The position numbers were made by a program, and so were the translations under genes. The notes under the pieces were generated by a model, which worked only from the letters and a program-made list of their open reading frames with translations, ran no database searches and was not told where the DNA came from. 64,000 nt of DNA. It comes from Armatimonadota bacterium. Lineage in GTDB: Bacteria; Armatimonadota; UBA5829; DTLH01. The stretch covers positions 35,311-99,310 of the forward strand of contig JBDKSP010000023.1 in NCBI GenBank assembly GCA_039680575.1, given 5' to 3'. Shown piece by piece: positions 53,890 to 63,861 of the stretch. Every line of letters begins with the position of its first letter. Position 1 is the first letter of the stretch.

Positions 53890-55094
53890 ATTGGTTGTTA
53901 CTAATGGTCTCGCTTCCGTGTATTACCCAATGCAACAATAATGCAGAGAAAGTCAAGAATATTGCAACAATCGATCTTTTTGCTGGGGCAGGTGGACTTA
54001 GTCTAGGATTTAAAAAGGCTGGGTTTACTATCATTCAGGCTGTTGAGATTGATGCACACGCAGCTAACACATATCGACATAATCATCCGCAGACAAATGT
54101 TATTGAAAAAGACATCCAGAATGTTGATCCTATAGATTGTTTGAAACAATCTAATTTACGACCAGGTGACGTAGGAGTTCTGATTGGTGGGCCTCCTTGT
54201 CAAGGGTTTTCTGAATCGAACCGCCGCACACGGACACTTTCAAATCCAAAGAATCTATTGTATCAGGAGTTTCTTCGATTTCTTAAGGTTATACAGCCAA
54301 GATGGTTTGTGATAGAAAATGTGGCAGGACTACGTACGCTAGCGAAAGGCACAATACTACAATGCATAATTAAGGAATGTAGTAATGAAGGATATTTGGT
54401 TGATTGGAAGGAACTAAATGCGGCAGATCATGGTGTTCCGCAGTTTCGCCGTCGTTTATTCATCGTTGGAAACAGGCTTGGACTTCCAATTTCCTTTCCA
54501 TCGCCTACTCATGGGCCGAATATGAAACCGTATGTGACGGTTCGTGAAGCAATTAGTGATCTTCCCTCACTTGCAAATGGCGCAACGGTTGATCGCTTGC
54601 CGTATGGCGGGGACAATTGTTCGGAATCGGATTACAAAAGAACTATGCGTTCGGCAAATAGCAATATGCAGGGCAATCTAGTCACTAATAATTCAAATAA
54701 AATCATCGAACGGTACAAATATATCAAGCAGGGACAAAATTGGACAGTTATCCCGCACAGTCTTATGGCCGATTACTCTGATTTTACACGATGTCATACT
54801 GGAATTTACCATCGATTGGAGTGGGAAAAGCCCGCCAAGGTAATTGGTAATTTTCGTAAGAATATGCTTATCCATCCAGAGCAGCATAGAGGATTGTCAG
54901 TTCGTGAAGCTGCTCGGCTACAGTCATTTCCAGATAATTATGAATTTATTGGATCAATAGGCTTTCAGCAGCAACAAGTGGCTGATTCAGTACCTCCGTT
55001 GCTTGCTGAATCTATAGCGCGTTGTATATTAAATACAGATCAGTCAATGAATGCAGATGATATTAAAGATCAAAAACTATTTAATTGTAAGTGA
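53886..55094 (+). CDS. C5 DNA cytosine methyltransferase
   Basis: [34 protein letters not shown]. Confidence 0.93.
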   Translation: MNWLLLMVSLPCITQCNNNAEKVKNIATIDLFAGAGGLSLGFKKAGFTIIQAVEIDAHAANTYRHNHPQTNVIEKDIQNVDPIDCLKQSNLRPGDVGVLIGGPPCQGFSESNRRTRTLSNPKNLLYQEFLRFLKVIQPRWFVIENVAGLRTLAKGTILQCIIKECSNEGYLVDWKELNAADHGVPQFRRRLFIVGNRLGLPISFPSPTHGPNMKPYVTVREAISDLPSLANGATVDRLPYGGDNCSESDYKRTMRSANSNMQGNLVTNNSNKIIERYKYIKQGQNWTVIPHSLMADYSDFTRCHTGIYHRLEWEKPAKVIGNFRKNMLIHPEQHRGLSVREAARLQSFPDNYEFIGSIGFQQQQVADSVPPLLAESIARCILNTDQSMNADDIKDQKLFNCK

Positions 55095-55210
55095 TGCTTT
55101 GGTAGTATCTAGTTTTGAAAGTTTATCTGCTGAAAAAGGCAGATCTATATATAGATCTGCCTCTGTTAGTCTGCAATATTACGGTAAAGTTATTACCAAG
55201 AGTTTGCAAA

Positions 55211-55882
55211 CTATATGTGATCCGAATCTAGTTTGTAGATGCAGGATGGTAATAGAAAACGACTTCCATTGCTAGTTTCACTATACACCCAGCAAAGCTC
55301 GGGATGCTTGATACCGGTAGGCATTCCAATATATGGTATCTTATAGCAACATCCGTAATAAGAGCCAACAGCGCTAACATTATGCTGCAAGAACAAGTCG
55401 GTATGAATGCACAGCGAGATTACCTCTGTAATATTAAGTGGTAGTCGGGGTGCTTTAGTAATCAATTTCCGAGTTTGGCCTAAAGCCGATTGCTCTAACG
55501 GAGCCATGCCAACATCAATATCAAATATATAGTATGGTTTCTCTGATTGCTTTGTTTTATCGACTATCAACGGTAGCTCAATGTAGCGACTATAGCATAT
55601 GTTGTTCTTATTTCGTACTAGCTTTAGCTGCTCGCATAAAGGGAGACAGGTAATCGGGATGACAGGAAGAAACGGAATACTATCTTCATTTATTGTCATC
55701 TCTGTAGCTTTATCAATTACCCGCTTTTGTAGTGATTCAAGATGCTTCACAATTTGCAATGGAACATTTCGTCTTTTAAGTAGCATTAATAGTCGACTGT
55801 TAAAACTCTTTAGAGTCGTGATTCTAGAATCCAGATGAACATGATTAAGCGGTTCTTCGCCATGTTTTAGCAGTTCCCCCAT
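55211..55882 (-). CDS. Hypothetical protein (DUF5701-like)
   Basis: PFLPVIP, PYYIFDID.G, RLPLNITE; ATG 55882 after AAGGAGGTG. Confidence 0.5.
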   Translation of the reverse strand: MGELLKHGEEPLNHVHLDSRITTLKSFNSRLLMLLKRRNVPLQIVKHLESLQKRVIDKATEMTINEDSIPFLPVIPITCLPLCEQLKLVRNKNNICYSRYIELPLIVDKTKQSEKPYYIFDIDVGMAPLEQSALGQTRKLITKAPRLPLNITEVISLCIHTDLFLQHNVSAVGSYYGCCYKIPYIGMPTGIKHPELCWVYSETSNGSRFLLPSCIYKLDSDHI

Positions 55883-55887
55883 TATTG

Positions 55888-55939
55888 TCGTCACCTCCTT
55901 GTGGTGGATGAACGTTCATCCACCACAAGGAGGTGACGA
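55888..55939. repeat. 52-bp perfect spacerless palindrome
   Basis: TCGTCACCTCCTTGTGGTGGATGAAC|GTTCATCCACCACAAGGAGGTGACGA. Confidence 0.95.
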
Positions 55940-56352
55940 GGCAGAAGTTGAACGCATTTAAATGTCACTGCAGTTTGCTGAACAACTATTACACGATACA
56001 CATATATTAATACTGTGTCAACATATAACATGAATGTATAAGTTAAAATGAAAAAATGAACACATGGAATTTATGAAAATCTATAATTGTGAGGATGTAA
56101 ATAGAAGCTTGAAATTAACATAATTAAAATTTTATTTTTCCTTAATCTCCTTCTGCTATACTGCTCTTCGCTTTGGAAAGACCCAGCAAGTGGACCTCGG
56201 ACTAATCAATTCTTAATCTAATTCCTTCGTAGAAGCGCCGGCATCCTCACGGTGTTTTTGCTTCTGTCGGCAAATTCTCCCTGCTTGTTGTGGTCTTCCT
56301 AGCTTGATACTTTGATGTCAATGGTCGATTTAACAAACCTCAGCAAGATAAA

Positions 56353-56637
56353 ATGAGACGTAAACATATCCACAATTACCTGAAGCGTTGTAGAAAAGAA
56401 TGCGGACTTTCACAGAAGGAAGTTGCGCGTATTTTGGGGCTAGAGTCAAGCAGCATGATCTCTCGCTGGGAGAAAGGTGTTTCTCTGCCGGAGACTCTAA
56501 ACGCACTTAAGATGGCAGCTATCTATCAGACAACGGTTGATTATGTCTTCGAAGATTTACGTCTCAATATTCAAGATGAACTTTCAGAAAGGACTGCTGC
56601 GGTCCTCCATATGTCAGGAAGAAGGCAGCATGTCTGA
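56353..56637 (+). CDS. XRE-family HTH regulator
   Basis: LSQKEVARILG..SSMISRWEKG..P. Confidence 0.85.
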   Translation: MRRKHIHNYLKRCRKECGLSQKEVARILGLESSSMISRWEKGVSLPETLNALKMAAIYQTTVDYVFEDLRLNIQDELSERTAAVLHMSGRRQHV

Positions 56638-56797
56638 ATACGCAAAGCACAAGAAGAAGCTAAGCATACAAGCAAAGTATAGGCAGATTCTTGGTATGCC
56701 AAATCTGACCGACAGTGAGATTGAGGAGTTTAGAAAGCCTGTAATCCTGCTGGCAGAGACTATCTGTGAGCATGTTTGGGGCAAGAAGTTCTATTAG
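56630..56797 (+). CDS. Small hypothetical protein
   Basis: ATG overlapping the HTH stop; MSEYAKHKKK...ICEHVWGKKFY. Confidence 0.5.
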   Translation: MSEYAKHKKKLSIQAKYRQILGMPNLTDSEIEEFRKPVILLAETICEHVWGKKFY

Positions 56798-56803
56798 CGC
56801 TAT

Positions 56804-57136
56804 ATGAAAGACCACCAAAGAGCAAATGTAAGGTGGATGAAGAAAGGCAACTGGTACTGGATAGAGAAAGCCTTCATCCGAGAATATACGCCAAAGGTGG
56901 GTGCTCTTGGTGTTGCCGTATATAACTATCTGGCTTCTCTCGTTGATACCAACCAGAGCTGTTACCCATCACAAAAGCACATTGCCGAAGTCTTAGGCTA
57001 TTCCAGAACCACCATAAACAAAGTGATAAAGAAACTGGAGGATAACGGGCTGGTCCTTGTGGAAAGGTCGGGAAGATATTCACATATTTACCGGCTTTTA
57101 GCGGTCAGATGTAAAGCTGAAGAAACTCAGATGTAA
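56804..57136 (+). CDS. wHTH replication-initiator-like protein, possibly truncated
   Basis: AVYNYLA...CYPSQKHIAEVLGYSRTTINKVIKKLE; iteron-like repeats at the 3' end. Confidence 0.65.
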   Translation: MKDHQRANVRWMKKGNWYWIEKAFIREYTPKVGALGVAVYNYLASLVDTNQSCYPSQKHIAEVLGYSRTTINKVIKKLEDNGLVLVERSGRYSHIYRLLAVRCKAEETQM

Positions 57137-57159
57137 ACCGGACGCAATCAAGATGTAAA
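57107..57159 (+). repeat. Three AGATGTAAA direct repeats at a 22-bp period (iteron-like)
   Basis: Copies start at 57107, 57129 and 57151; an AT-rich tract follows at ~57170-57205. Confidence 0.75.
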
Positions 57160-57398
57160 GCCTATGCACACTAACAATAGTAAGAGAACAATAATTAATA
57201 ACAATAGGGGAAGTGGATATGTGGACAACTTCAGAGGTGAAGGGATAAGCGTTCAAAGGCCATAGTGAGCGTAAGAGAACGGACCTTTAGCTAGATTCTC
57301 AGCTTCCATCTTTGCAGGTCACTATCTGAATACGGCTTAAATGCCTCCAGATGCCCGAATGTGGGCACAGAAAGTTTGTCTGCCACTCCAGATAACAC

Positions 57399-57944
57399 AT
57401 GCATAACAAAAGACTTACAATCCTGGCTATCAACCTCGGTACAAGATATTTAGGCATTGCCGTTCTTAAAAGATCGATTCTTATCGATTGGTCGGTAAAG
57501 GTCGTAAACGGAATGAAAGCACAGTTCAAGCTGAATAAAGCTATAGACATCATTACCAGCCTTATAGACTATTATCAACCGGATACCATAGTCCTAAAAA
57601 AGCTTCACTCTTCCCGAAGTTCCTTGAGACTCAACAAGCTGAGCCTCAAGGTCGAGGAGCTTTCCATGATAAACCGGATAAAGCTTATCAAGTATTCCAT
57701 TCAGGAAGTGGAAGCATTCCATTCACCGGAGAGGAGGATCAATAAGACCACTCTTGCTGAACTTATCTGCCAGAAGCACCCAGTATTACGCCACGAACTG
57801 CAGAAAGAGCAGAACAACCTAAACCCATATCACATCAGGATGTTCGAGGCAGTAGCTTTAGGGACTATGGCTGAAGAAAAATGCCAGATGTCAACTTCAT
57901 CGACTGACGTTAACCTTGTATTTCCACTTTCTTGTCATGTATAA
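57399..57944 (+). CDS. RuvC/RNase H-fold protein, apparently catalytically altered
   Basis: ILAINLGTRYLGIAV has N where RuvC has D; YQPDTIVLK has K where RuvC has E; FEAVAL. Confidence 0.6.
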   Translation: MHNKRLTILAINLGTRYLGIAVLKRSILIDWSVKVVNGMKAQFKLNKAIDIITSLIDYYQPDTIVLKKLHSSRSSLRLNKLSLKVEELSMINRIKLIKYSIQEVEAFHSPERRINKTTLAELICQKHPVLRHELQKEQNNLNPYHIRMFEAVALGTMAEEKCQMSTSSTDVNLVFPLSCHV

Positions 57945-58014
57945 TCTCATCAATACGCTTGCTTAGCAGTATTTGGCAGCGCGTTCATTCATTACAGATA
58001 TGGGGGATGCGTAG

Positions 58015-58593
58015 ATGGGTTTCGGTATTCTTGGTAAGTACCAGATTGCTGAGAAGTGGGGTGCGATGATCGGAGATGCTGCTGGCAGGGGTGAAGACCT
58101 GCTCTCAGCTACTGAGCGTTTTCTTGAGCTATCACAGGCTCCTGATACAAAACTACAGCGCCGCAGTATGTCACCCGGAGTCCTAAGAGGTGCCTTAGGC
58201 GGCAAAAGACCTTTTATTGTAATAAGCAACACTTCCAATACTAATCTCCGACCCTTCAAGCTGTATCTCAACGTTAGGGATTACGGCACGAATCTGCAGG
58301 TATCCTGGTATCTTGTCTCTCAGCCGAATTTTAAGGAAAAGCTCTCATCCTTCATACTCTCGATACCAGTAGTAGGCTTACTGTTTGCTCCATCGTTTTT
58401 GCTCGGTCGTGCCAGCAATGCCGGAAAAGCAGGCATGTTAGAGCTTGATATCTTTGATGAGCAGGACCTCTCTGCATATGTGACCAATCTTCATCACTGT
58501 GTTCTTGATGCCGTTGATAACCTTATGCAGGAGTTGAAGCAGGACTTCTCCAAGATCGACAAGCATTCAAAAGGATTCCTTGGCATTTCGTAA
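58015..58593 (+). CDS. Hypothetical membrane protein
   Basis: Central hydrophobic segment; directly upstream of the coupling ATPase. Confidence 0.6.
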   Translation: MGFGILGKYQIAEKWGAMIGDAAGRGEDLLSATERFLELSQAPDTKLQRRSMSPGVLRGALGGKRPFIVISNTSNTNLRPFKLYLNVRDYGTNLQVSWYLVSQPNFKEKLSSFILSIPVVGLLFAPSFLLGRASNAGKAGMLELDIFDEQDLSAYVTNLHHCVLDAVDNLMQELKQDFSKIDKHSKGFLGIS

Positions 58594-58625
58594 ATGCAGG
58601 ACACTATCGATTACAGGGTGCGTAG

Positions 58626-60791
58626 ATGAGCTTTTGGTCACGACTTCTGGGATACGAAGACGAAAAACGATCTGTGAAAGACGAAGACGAAGAACCAGGT
58701 TTTCATAACGAGTATATACCTGGTACCTTTGACCTCGGCCTTTATTACAGCGAAAACAAAAACGAGATACAGGTCGCCAAGTTCAAAGACGAAGACCGAG
58801 CTACCCACCTCTATGTAATCGGAGCTACCGGAACTGGCAAAACGAAGTTTCTGGAGTCCCTCATCCGACAGGATATCGAGAAAGGCAATGGCTTCTGCGT
58901 CATTGATCCTCATGGAGACCTCATCGAAGATATAAAAGGGTTTCTTGCCTGCCGCTATCTTGCTGATGAAACGGATGTCTTCAATAATGTAATCCTCATC
59001 GACCCTACGGACCCGGATATAACAGTAACCTTTAATCCATTAGAGAAAATGCCTGGTGTTTCTGTTGCAGAGCAGGCCGGAGAACTTGTCAGCTCCTTCA
59101 GAAAGATATGGTCCGACTCCTGGGGTGCTAGGATGGAAGACCTGATGAGAAACAGCCTTATTGCATTAGGTGAAGCGGAATTGACTCTGTGCGAACTTAC
59201 CTCTTTTCTTACCAGGAGATCATTTAGGCAGGTTGTTCTCGAAAAGGTGAAATCTCCTACCGCCATGGACTACTTCCAGCGTTTCGACAGCCTGACCGAT
59301 AGAGGCCAGATTACCTGGATAGAGCCGGTGATGAACAAGATCAATGCTTTTCTTGCTGATGAGAGAATGCGACAGATGTTCTCTTCCCCCAAAAGCTCTT
59401 TTCAGTTTCGGGAAGCAATGGACAGCAGAAAGCACATACTCATCAAGCTCGATAAAGGAAAACTAAAGGGCTCATCCGATCTCTTAGGCTCTCTATTTAT
59501 GGCTAAGATTCAGATGGCTGCTTTCTCAAGATCAGACCAGGCCAAGAGTCAGCGAGTCCCGTTCTATCTTTACATCGATGAGTTCCAAAACTTTGCCACT
59601 GAATCGTTTAAGGTCGTATTATCTGAATCCAGGAAGTACGGTCTTTCACTTGTTATGGCTCACCAGAGTCTGTCGCAGATCTCGGACGAGTTAAGGAACT
59701 TGATCCTGGGCAGTGCAGGTCTTCAGGTGTATTTCAGAGTCAACAGACAGGATGCTCAGACTCTTGCAAAAGAGGCTTTCCAGTATTCAGGCAACTGGGA
59801 GCGAGAGATTGAAGAACTGCAACATCTTCAGCCAAGGATGTGCTATACCAAACACAAAATAGAAGGCGACATCATACAACTTCATACAATGAGTGTTGAA
59901 TCAGCTCCTGAGCTGCTTGGAGTATCTGAAGAGGAGTATCAGGACATTATTCCGGTAGTCCCAATTGGTATGAAGTATGTGGTCTTGAGGGAAGAACTGG
60001 TTGCAAAGACCAATGAAAGACAGCAAAAGATAGAAGAAGCAGCAAAATCCAAAGAACCCATAAAAGAGCGGGTAGTTGAGAATAGACCTGCTGTTGTTTC
60101 TAATGAGGCTAATCCTGAACCGGTTCCAAAGCAAGGCACTGAACAACTAAGGCAGATAGTATCACCGGAACAACCTGCTCAGACAAAAGAACCAAAAGCA
60201 ACTCGAAAAGAGGTAGTCGGGAGAACTCCAAGAGAGATTAAGTTTCCTGAAGTTGAGCCAAAACGTGATCCGAAAATAGAACGCGAGCACAAGAGACTTC
60301 AGCACTTAATCAAGAAGTTGGCTGAACAGAGTGGCTATCTTGCCACTATTGAACAACCGACCACAGATGGACAGGGCAGGGTGGATGTTGGGCTTGAACG
60401 GGATGGCAGAAGAATCGCCTGCGAGGTTTCCGTCACTACTTCACCTGAGCATGAACTGGCTAATATCCAAAAGTGCTTGGCTTCAGAGTATGAACTTGTC
60501 ATACTCTGCTCTCCCGAGAAGAAGGTGCTGAATAAGATAAAGACGCTATGTAATAAAGAGTTGTCCGAAATTGAGCAGCAGAAAGTCCTCTTTTTCGAGC
60601 CGGACGAGCTTGTTTTCTACTTCGAGGAAGAAGCAGCAAAGAACGCAGGCCGAGAAGATAGAATAAAAGGCTATAAGGTCAAAGTTAACTTTCAACCAGT
60701 TGATGAAAATGAAAAGAAAGCTAAGAGGCAGGTTCTCGCCCAAGTGTTTTTACGATCGTTCCATCCTCAAAAGAAAGAGGATAACCGGTAG
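58626..60791 (+). CDS. VirD4/TraD/HerA-like ATPase with a C-terminal PD-(D/E)xK-like domain
   Basis: GATGTGKT, IDPHGD, LYIDEFQ, SESRKY, AHQ; tail H..L...E...VDV...IACEV. Confidence 0.82.
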   Translation: MSFWSRLLGYEDEKRSVKDEDEEPGFHNEYIPGTFDLGLYYSENKNEIQVAKFKDEDRATHLYVIGATGTGKTKFLESLIRQDIEKGNGFCVIDPHGDLIEDIKGFLACRYLADETDVFNNVILIDPTDPDITVTFNPLEKMPGVSVAEQAGELVSSFRKIWSDSWGARMEDLMRNSLIALGEAELTLCELTSFLTRRSFRQVVLEKVKSPTAMDYFQRFDSLTDRGQITWIEPVMNKINAFLADERMRQMFSSPKSSFQFREAMDSRKHILIKLDKGKLKGSSDLLGSLFMAKIQMAAFSRSDQAKSQRVPFYLYIDEFQNFATESFKVVLSESRKYGLSLVMAHQSLSQISDELRNLILGSAGLQVYFRVNRQDAQTLAKEAFQYSGNWEREIEELQHLQPRMCYTKHKIEGDIIQLHTMSVESAPELLGVSEEEYQDIIPVVPIGMKYVVLREELVAKTNERQQKIEEAAKSKEPIKERVVENRPAVVSNEANPEPVPKQGTEQLRQIVSPEQPAQTKEPKATRKEVVGRTPREIKFPEVEPKRDPKIEREHKRLQHLIKKLAEQSGYLATIEQPTTDGQGRVDVGLERDGRRIACEVSVTTSPEHELANIQKCLASEYELVILCSPEKKVLNKIKTLCNKELSEIEQQKVLFFEPDELVFYFEEEAAKNAGREDRIKGYKVKVNFQPVDENEKKAKRQVLAQVFLRSFHPQKKEDNR

Positions 60792-60921
60792 TCTTTACTA
60801 CTCAATATTCGAATCAGCAATATGGTCTATTACTATCGCGCTTTACTATTGGAACACTCGAACTCCATGTATAATTTGTAGTAACGTTAACTAGAACCAA
60901 ATGATTCATCAGGATAATCTC

Positions 60922-61754
60922 ATGAAACATACGGAAACAAAATCTTTAGATCACGAATCAATCAAACAGCTTGATAGTTTACTGCAAAAGAGATTTCATG
61001 GTGCTGCTAACATCAAAGGCATTCGTTATCAAATCTTGTATTCTGTGTATCTCGCAATGCAATTGTACAAAGATGGTTCCTCGGATTGGCATCTTCAACT
61101 TGAAGGCATTGAGGATGCCGACCTGAGAGGCATTAATACAGACACCTGCTACATCCAAATCAAAGCATCGGATCGCTCATGGAACTGGGCAATGTTGAAA
61201 AGGCCAGTTAGCGGCTTTCTTGAGGTATTAAAGAAAAATCCCACCGGTAAATTCTGCCTCGCAGTCGATTTTCCACTCCACGGAGATATAGAGTTACTTG
61301 CTAGAATTAATTCTCTTAAAGGCAAGGATTCAGATCGTATCAGAAAGAAATTTCGCAATCTTTGCAGAGATCTTGGCGCAGCTTCTGATGAAGCTGACCA
61401 ATTATCAGCGGGATTAAACATTCGTTCAAGATCAGAACGTGATATCTGTATCGCCAGTAGGCAACATATTGCTGAAGCATTCAATCTAGCAAGTGAAGCC
61501 ATCGATATCTATCTACAGGTCTTAGTGTCACGATTTCTCGATTGGGCCCAACAGAGGCGCACTATCAATCGATCTGATCTCGATAAAGTAAGAATAGAAG
61601 TTGGGGAAGCATTATCACGTGAAAGTAACTTTCAAGCTTATGGTTTAGGATTGATTGATCGCTTACATTGGGCCGACGACTGTAATACATCAGATTATTT
61701 CGATGGCAAAAGAACTAGACCCGGACACATAAGAGCTGGCCTAGATGTCCCACG
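60922..61754 (+). pseudogene. Putative defence protein with an N-terminal Cap4/DUF4297-like nuclease, interrupted by IS21
   Basis: GIRYQ...EGIEDAD...YIQIK motif; the frame runs into the IS end at GLDVPR. Confidence 0.65.
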
Positions 61755-61820
61755 TGTCAACGCCGGTCTGAAAATGCTCCAATTCGGCCGGTGTGAATAT
61801 GTACCACCCGTACCGATGGA

Positions 61821-62594
61821 TTACTCAGTTTCGGTTTGTGTCACCTCCTCTGCGAGTTTGTCCTTGAGGCGATAGCTGCTGCCCTTGATGTTCACCACCG
61901 TGCTGTGGTGCAGGAGTCGGTCGAGGATCGCGGTGACGATCACCGGGTCGTGAAAAAGCTCACTCCACTCGCCGAATGCCTTGTTTGAGGTGATGATCGT
62001 GCTCGCTTTTTCGTATCGCGTGGCGACGAACGAATAGAACAGGTTGCACTCATCGCGATCAATCGGAGTGTAGCCCACCTCATCGACAACTATCACATCC
62101 GAGCAGCAATAAGGACGTCTGCTTCGGCCAATTCTCCCTGCGTCGCGGTCGATTCTCAGCCTTGCAATCAGGTCGGCCATCGTCGTGAAGTGGATCGATC
62201 TGCCGCTCTGACAGGATTTGACAGCAAGAGCAGTCGCGAGATGTGTCTTGCCCACACCGGGTGGCCCCAGAAACAGAATATTCTCTCTTCGGTCGAGAAA
62301 TGTCAGGTCGAAGAGATTGCTGATCTGCTGGCGGTTTATGCCGGGCTGGAAAGTGAAATCGAACTCGTCGATCGTCTTCACATAGGGCAGCCCGGACGTC
62401 CTCAGCGAGTTTGAGATGCGCTTTTGCTCCTTTGTAACGACCTCTTCGTCCAGGAGCCGGTCAAGCAGCGTCAGATAGCTCCAATCCTCGATTTCGGCGG
62501 TCTTTATCATTTCGCTGAAGATATCTCGCATACGAGGCAGACGCAGTCGAGTGAGGTTCTCGATGAGCCTTTCGGAGATGAGCTGCTCAGGCAT
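61821..62594 (-). CDS. istB: IS21 helper ATPase
   Basis: GPPGVGKT, VVDEVGY, TSN, DRLLHH, SYR. Confidence 0.95.
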   Translation of the reverse strand: MPEQLISERLIENLTRLRLPRMRDIFSEMIKTAEIEDWSYLTLLDRLLDEEVVTKEQKRISNSLRTSGLPYVKTIDEFDFTFQPGINRQQISNLFDLTFLDRRENILFLGPPGVGKTHLATALAVKSCQSGRSIHFTTMADLIARLRIDRDAGRIGRSRRPYCCSDVIVVDEVGYTPIDRDECNLFYSFVATRYEKASTIITSNKAFGEWSELFHDPVIVTAILDRLLHHSTVVNIKGSSYRLKDKLAEEVTQTETE

Positions 62595-63861
62595 AAGCCA
62601 CCTCGCCTCCAATGGATGCGTAGGTGCCGATATCTCGAATTTGCACATCGAGATCGTATTTGCCAGCAATCGGACTTCTTGTCGCCTTGCCCTTGCCTCG
62701 TTTCGGACATCTCCACTTGCGCTCGTTCATTCTGCGGTCTGCTCGGATCGCATCGATAAGACCGGCAAGGCGCACGAATCCGCCCTTAATCTTCGACTGA
62801 TCCAATGTTGCCACAAGCCTGTCGTCGTCGAATATCCGCAGGACTCCGTCTTTCATTCGCACGACTATTTTCTTGCCGACGAGCGTGTAAGGCACCTCGT
62901 ATCTCGATCCGTCGACGCTTATCGTGCAGTCTTTTGCGACCTTGCGATAGAGCTTTTCGGAGACATCGAGAGTCGAGTGCGGAAGCGCCAATAGAAACTG
63001 CTGTTCACGCTCAAATCGATCGATCACTTTCTCGTGAGTTGTCCCGTGAATCCGGTGCGACTTTTCCTCGCAAAATGACATCAGGTCCCGATTCCCTGCC
63101 TCGATATTTACAAACTCATAGCCCCGCCACCAGCCCTCACGCACGAAATCCATAGGTCGCTCGATTTTGCCCTTGACCCACGGAGCATACGCAGGTGCGA
63201 CTATCGGAGAAAATCCGTAATGGCACGAGAGATTGATCATCCCCTGCGTGAACGTGTCTTTACCGGCGAGCTTGCCGATGTAGACATTCTTCATCCGATC
63301 GTAGAGAATCTCGCCCGGAACTCCACCGAAATACGCGAACGCCCTCTGATGAGCATCGAGAAAACTGACCATATCGCATCTTTCGAGAAGCTCGCAGTAG
63401 AGCATCCGAGAGTAACCCAGAATCATCGCAAACAGATAGTATGTTTTCTCGGTGCCGTCCGGCTCGATAACCTTAAAATCGCCGAAATCCACTTGAGCTT
63501 GCCGACCTGGATCCGTCTCGAATCGGACATATGCAAGGCGCCGATTCTCGCTCTTGATCTCATGGACGGCATCCTTTACGATGGTCCGACCGCCGTCGAA
63601 GCCCATCTTCACAAGCCGGTCGTAGATCCATGCGGCCGTGTAATATTCATCCTCCTCGAGCCAGTTCTTGATGGTCGGTAGAAACGGATCGAGCTTACTC
63701 AGCCGTGGTTTTGATACTCTCGACTTCCCGATAAGCTCCGGATTCTCCGCATACCGCTTCACTGTGCGCCGGTCCAACCCCGTCTTTCGACTCAGCGCCC
63801 GATACGACAGCCCCTGATTGTTGAAATAATTAATCTCCAAAGTGATCTCCCGTGATATCAT
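62587..63861 (-). CDS. istA: IS21 DDE transposase
   Basis: RFETDPGRQAQVDF, YDRMK, KGKIER, HGTT. Confidence 0.95.
   Translation of the reverse strand: MISREITLEINYFNNQGLSYRALSRKTGLDRRTVKRYAENPELIGKSRVSKPRLSKLDPFLPTIKNWLEEDEYYTAAWIYDRLVKMGFDGGRTIVKDAVHEIKSENRRLAYVRFETDPGRQAQVDFGDFKVIEPDGTEKTYYLFAMILGYSRMLYCELLERCDMVSFLDAHQRAFAYFGGVPGEILYDRMKNVYIGKLAGKDTFTQGMINLSCHYGFSPIVAPAYAPWVKGKIERPMDFVREGWWRGYEFVNIEAGNRDLMSFCEEKSHRIHGTTHEKVIDRFEREQQFLLALPHSTLDVSEKLYRKVAKDCTISVDGSRYEVPYTLVGKKIVVRMKDGVLRIFDDDRLVATLDQSKIKGGFVRLAGLIDAIRADRRMNERKWRCPKRGKGKATRSPIAGKYDLDVQIRDIGTYASIGGEVAYA

Noticed and set aside
55888..55939. Protelomerase (tel) site
   Set aside because: The size is similar, but no protelomerase gene is recognisable in the window.
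57399..57944. RuvC-like protein as TnpB/Cas12/IscB
   Set aside because: Only 181 aa, no zinc finger or REC region, altered catalytic residues, no IS ends or array.
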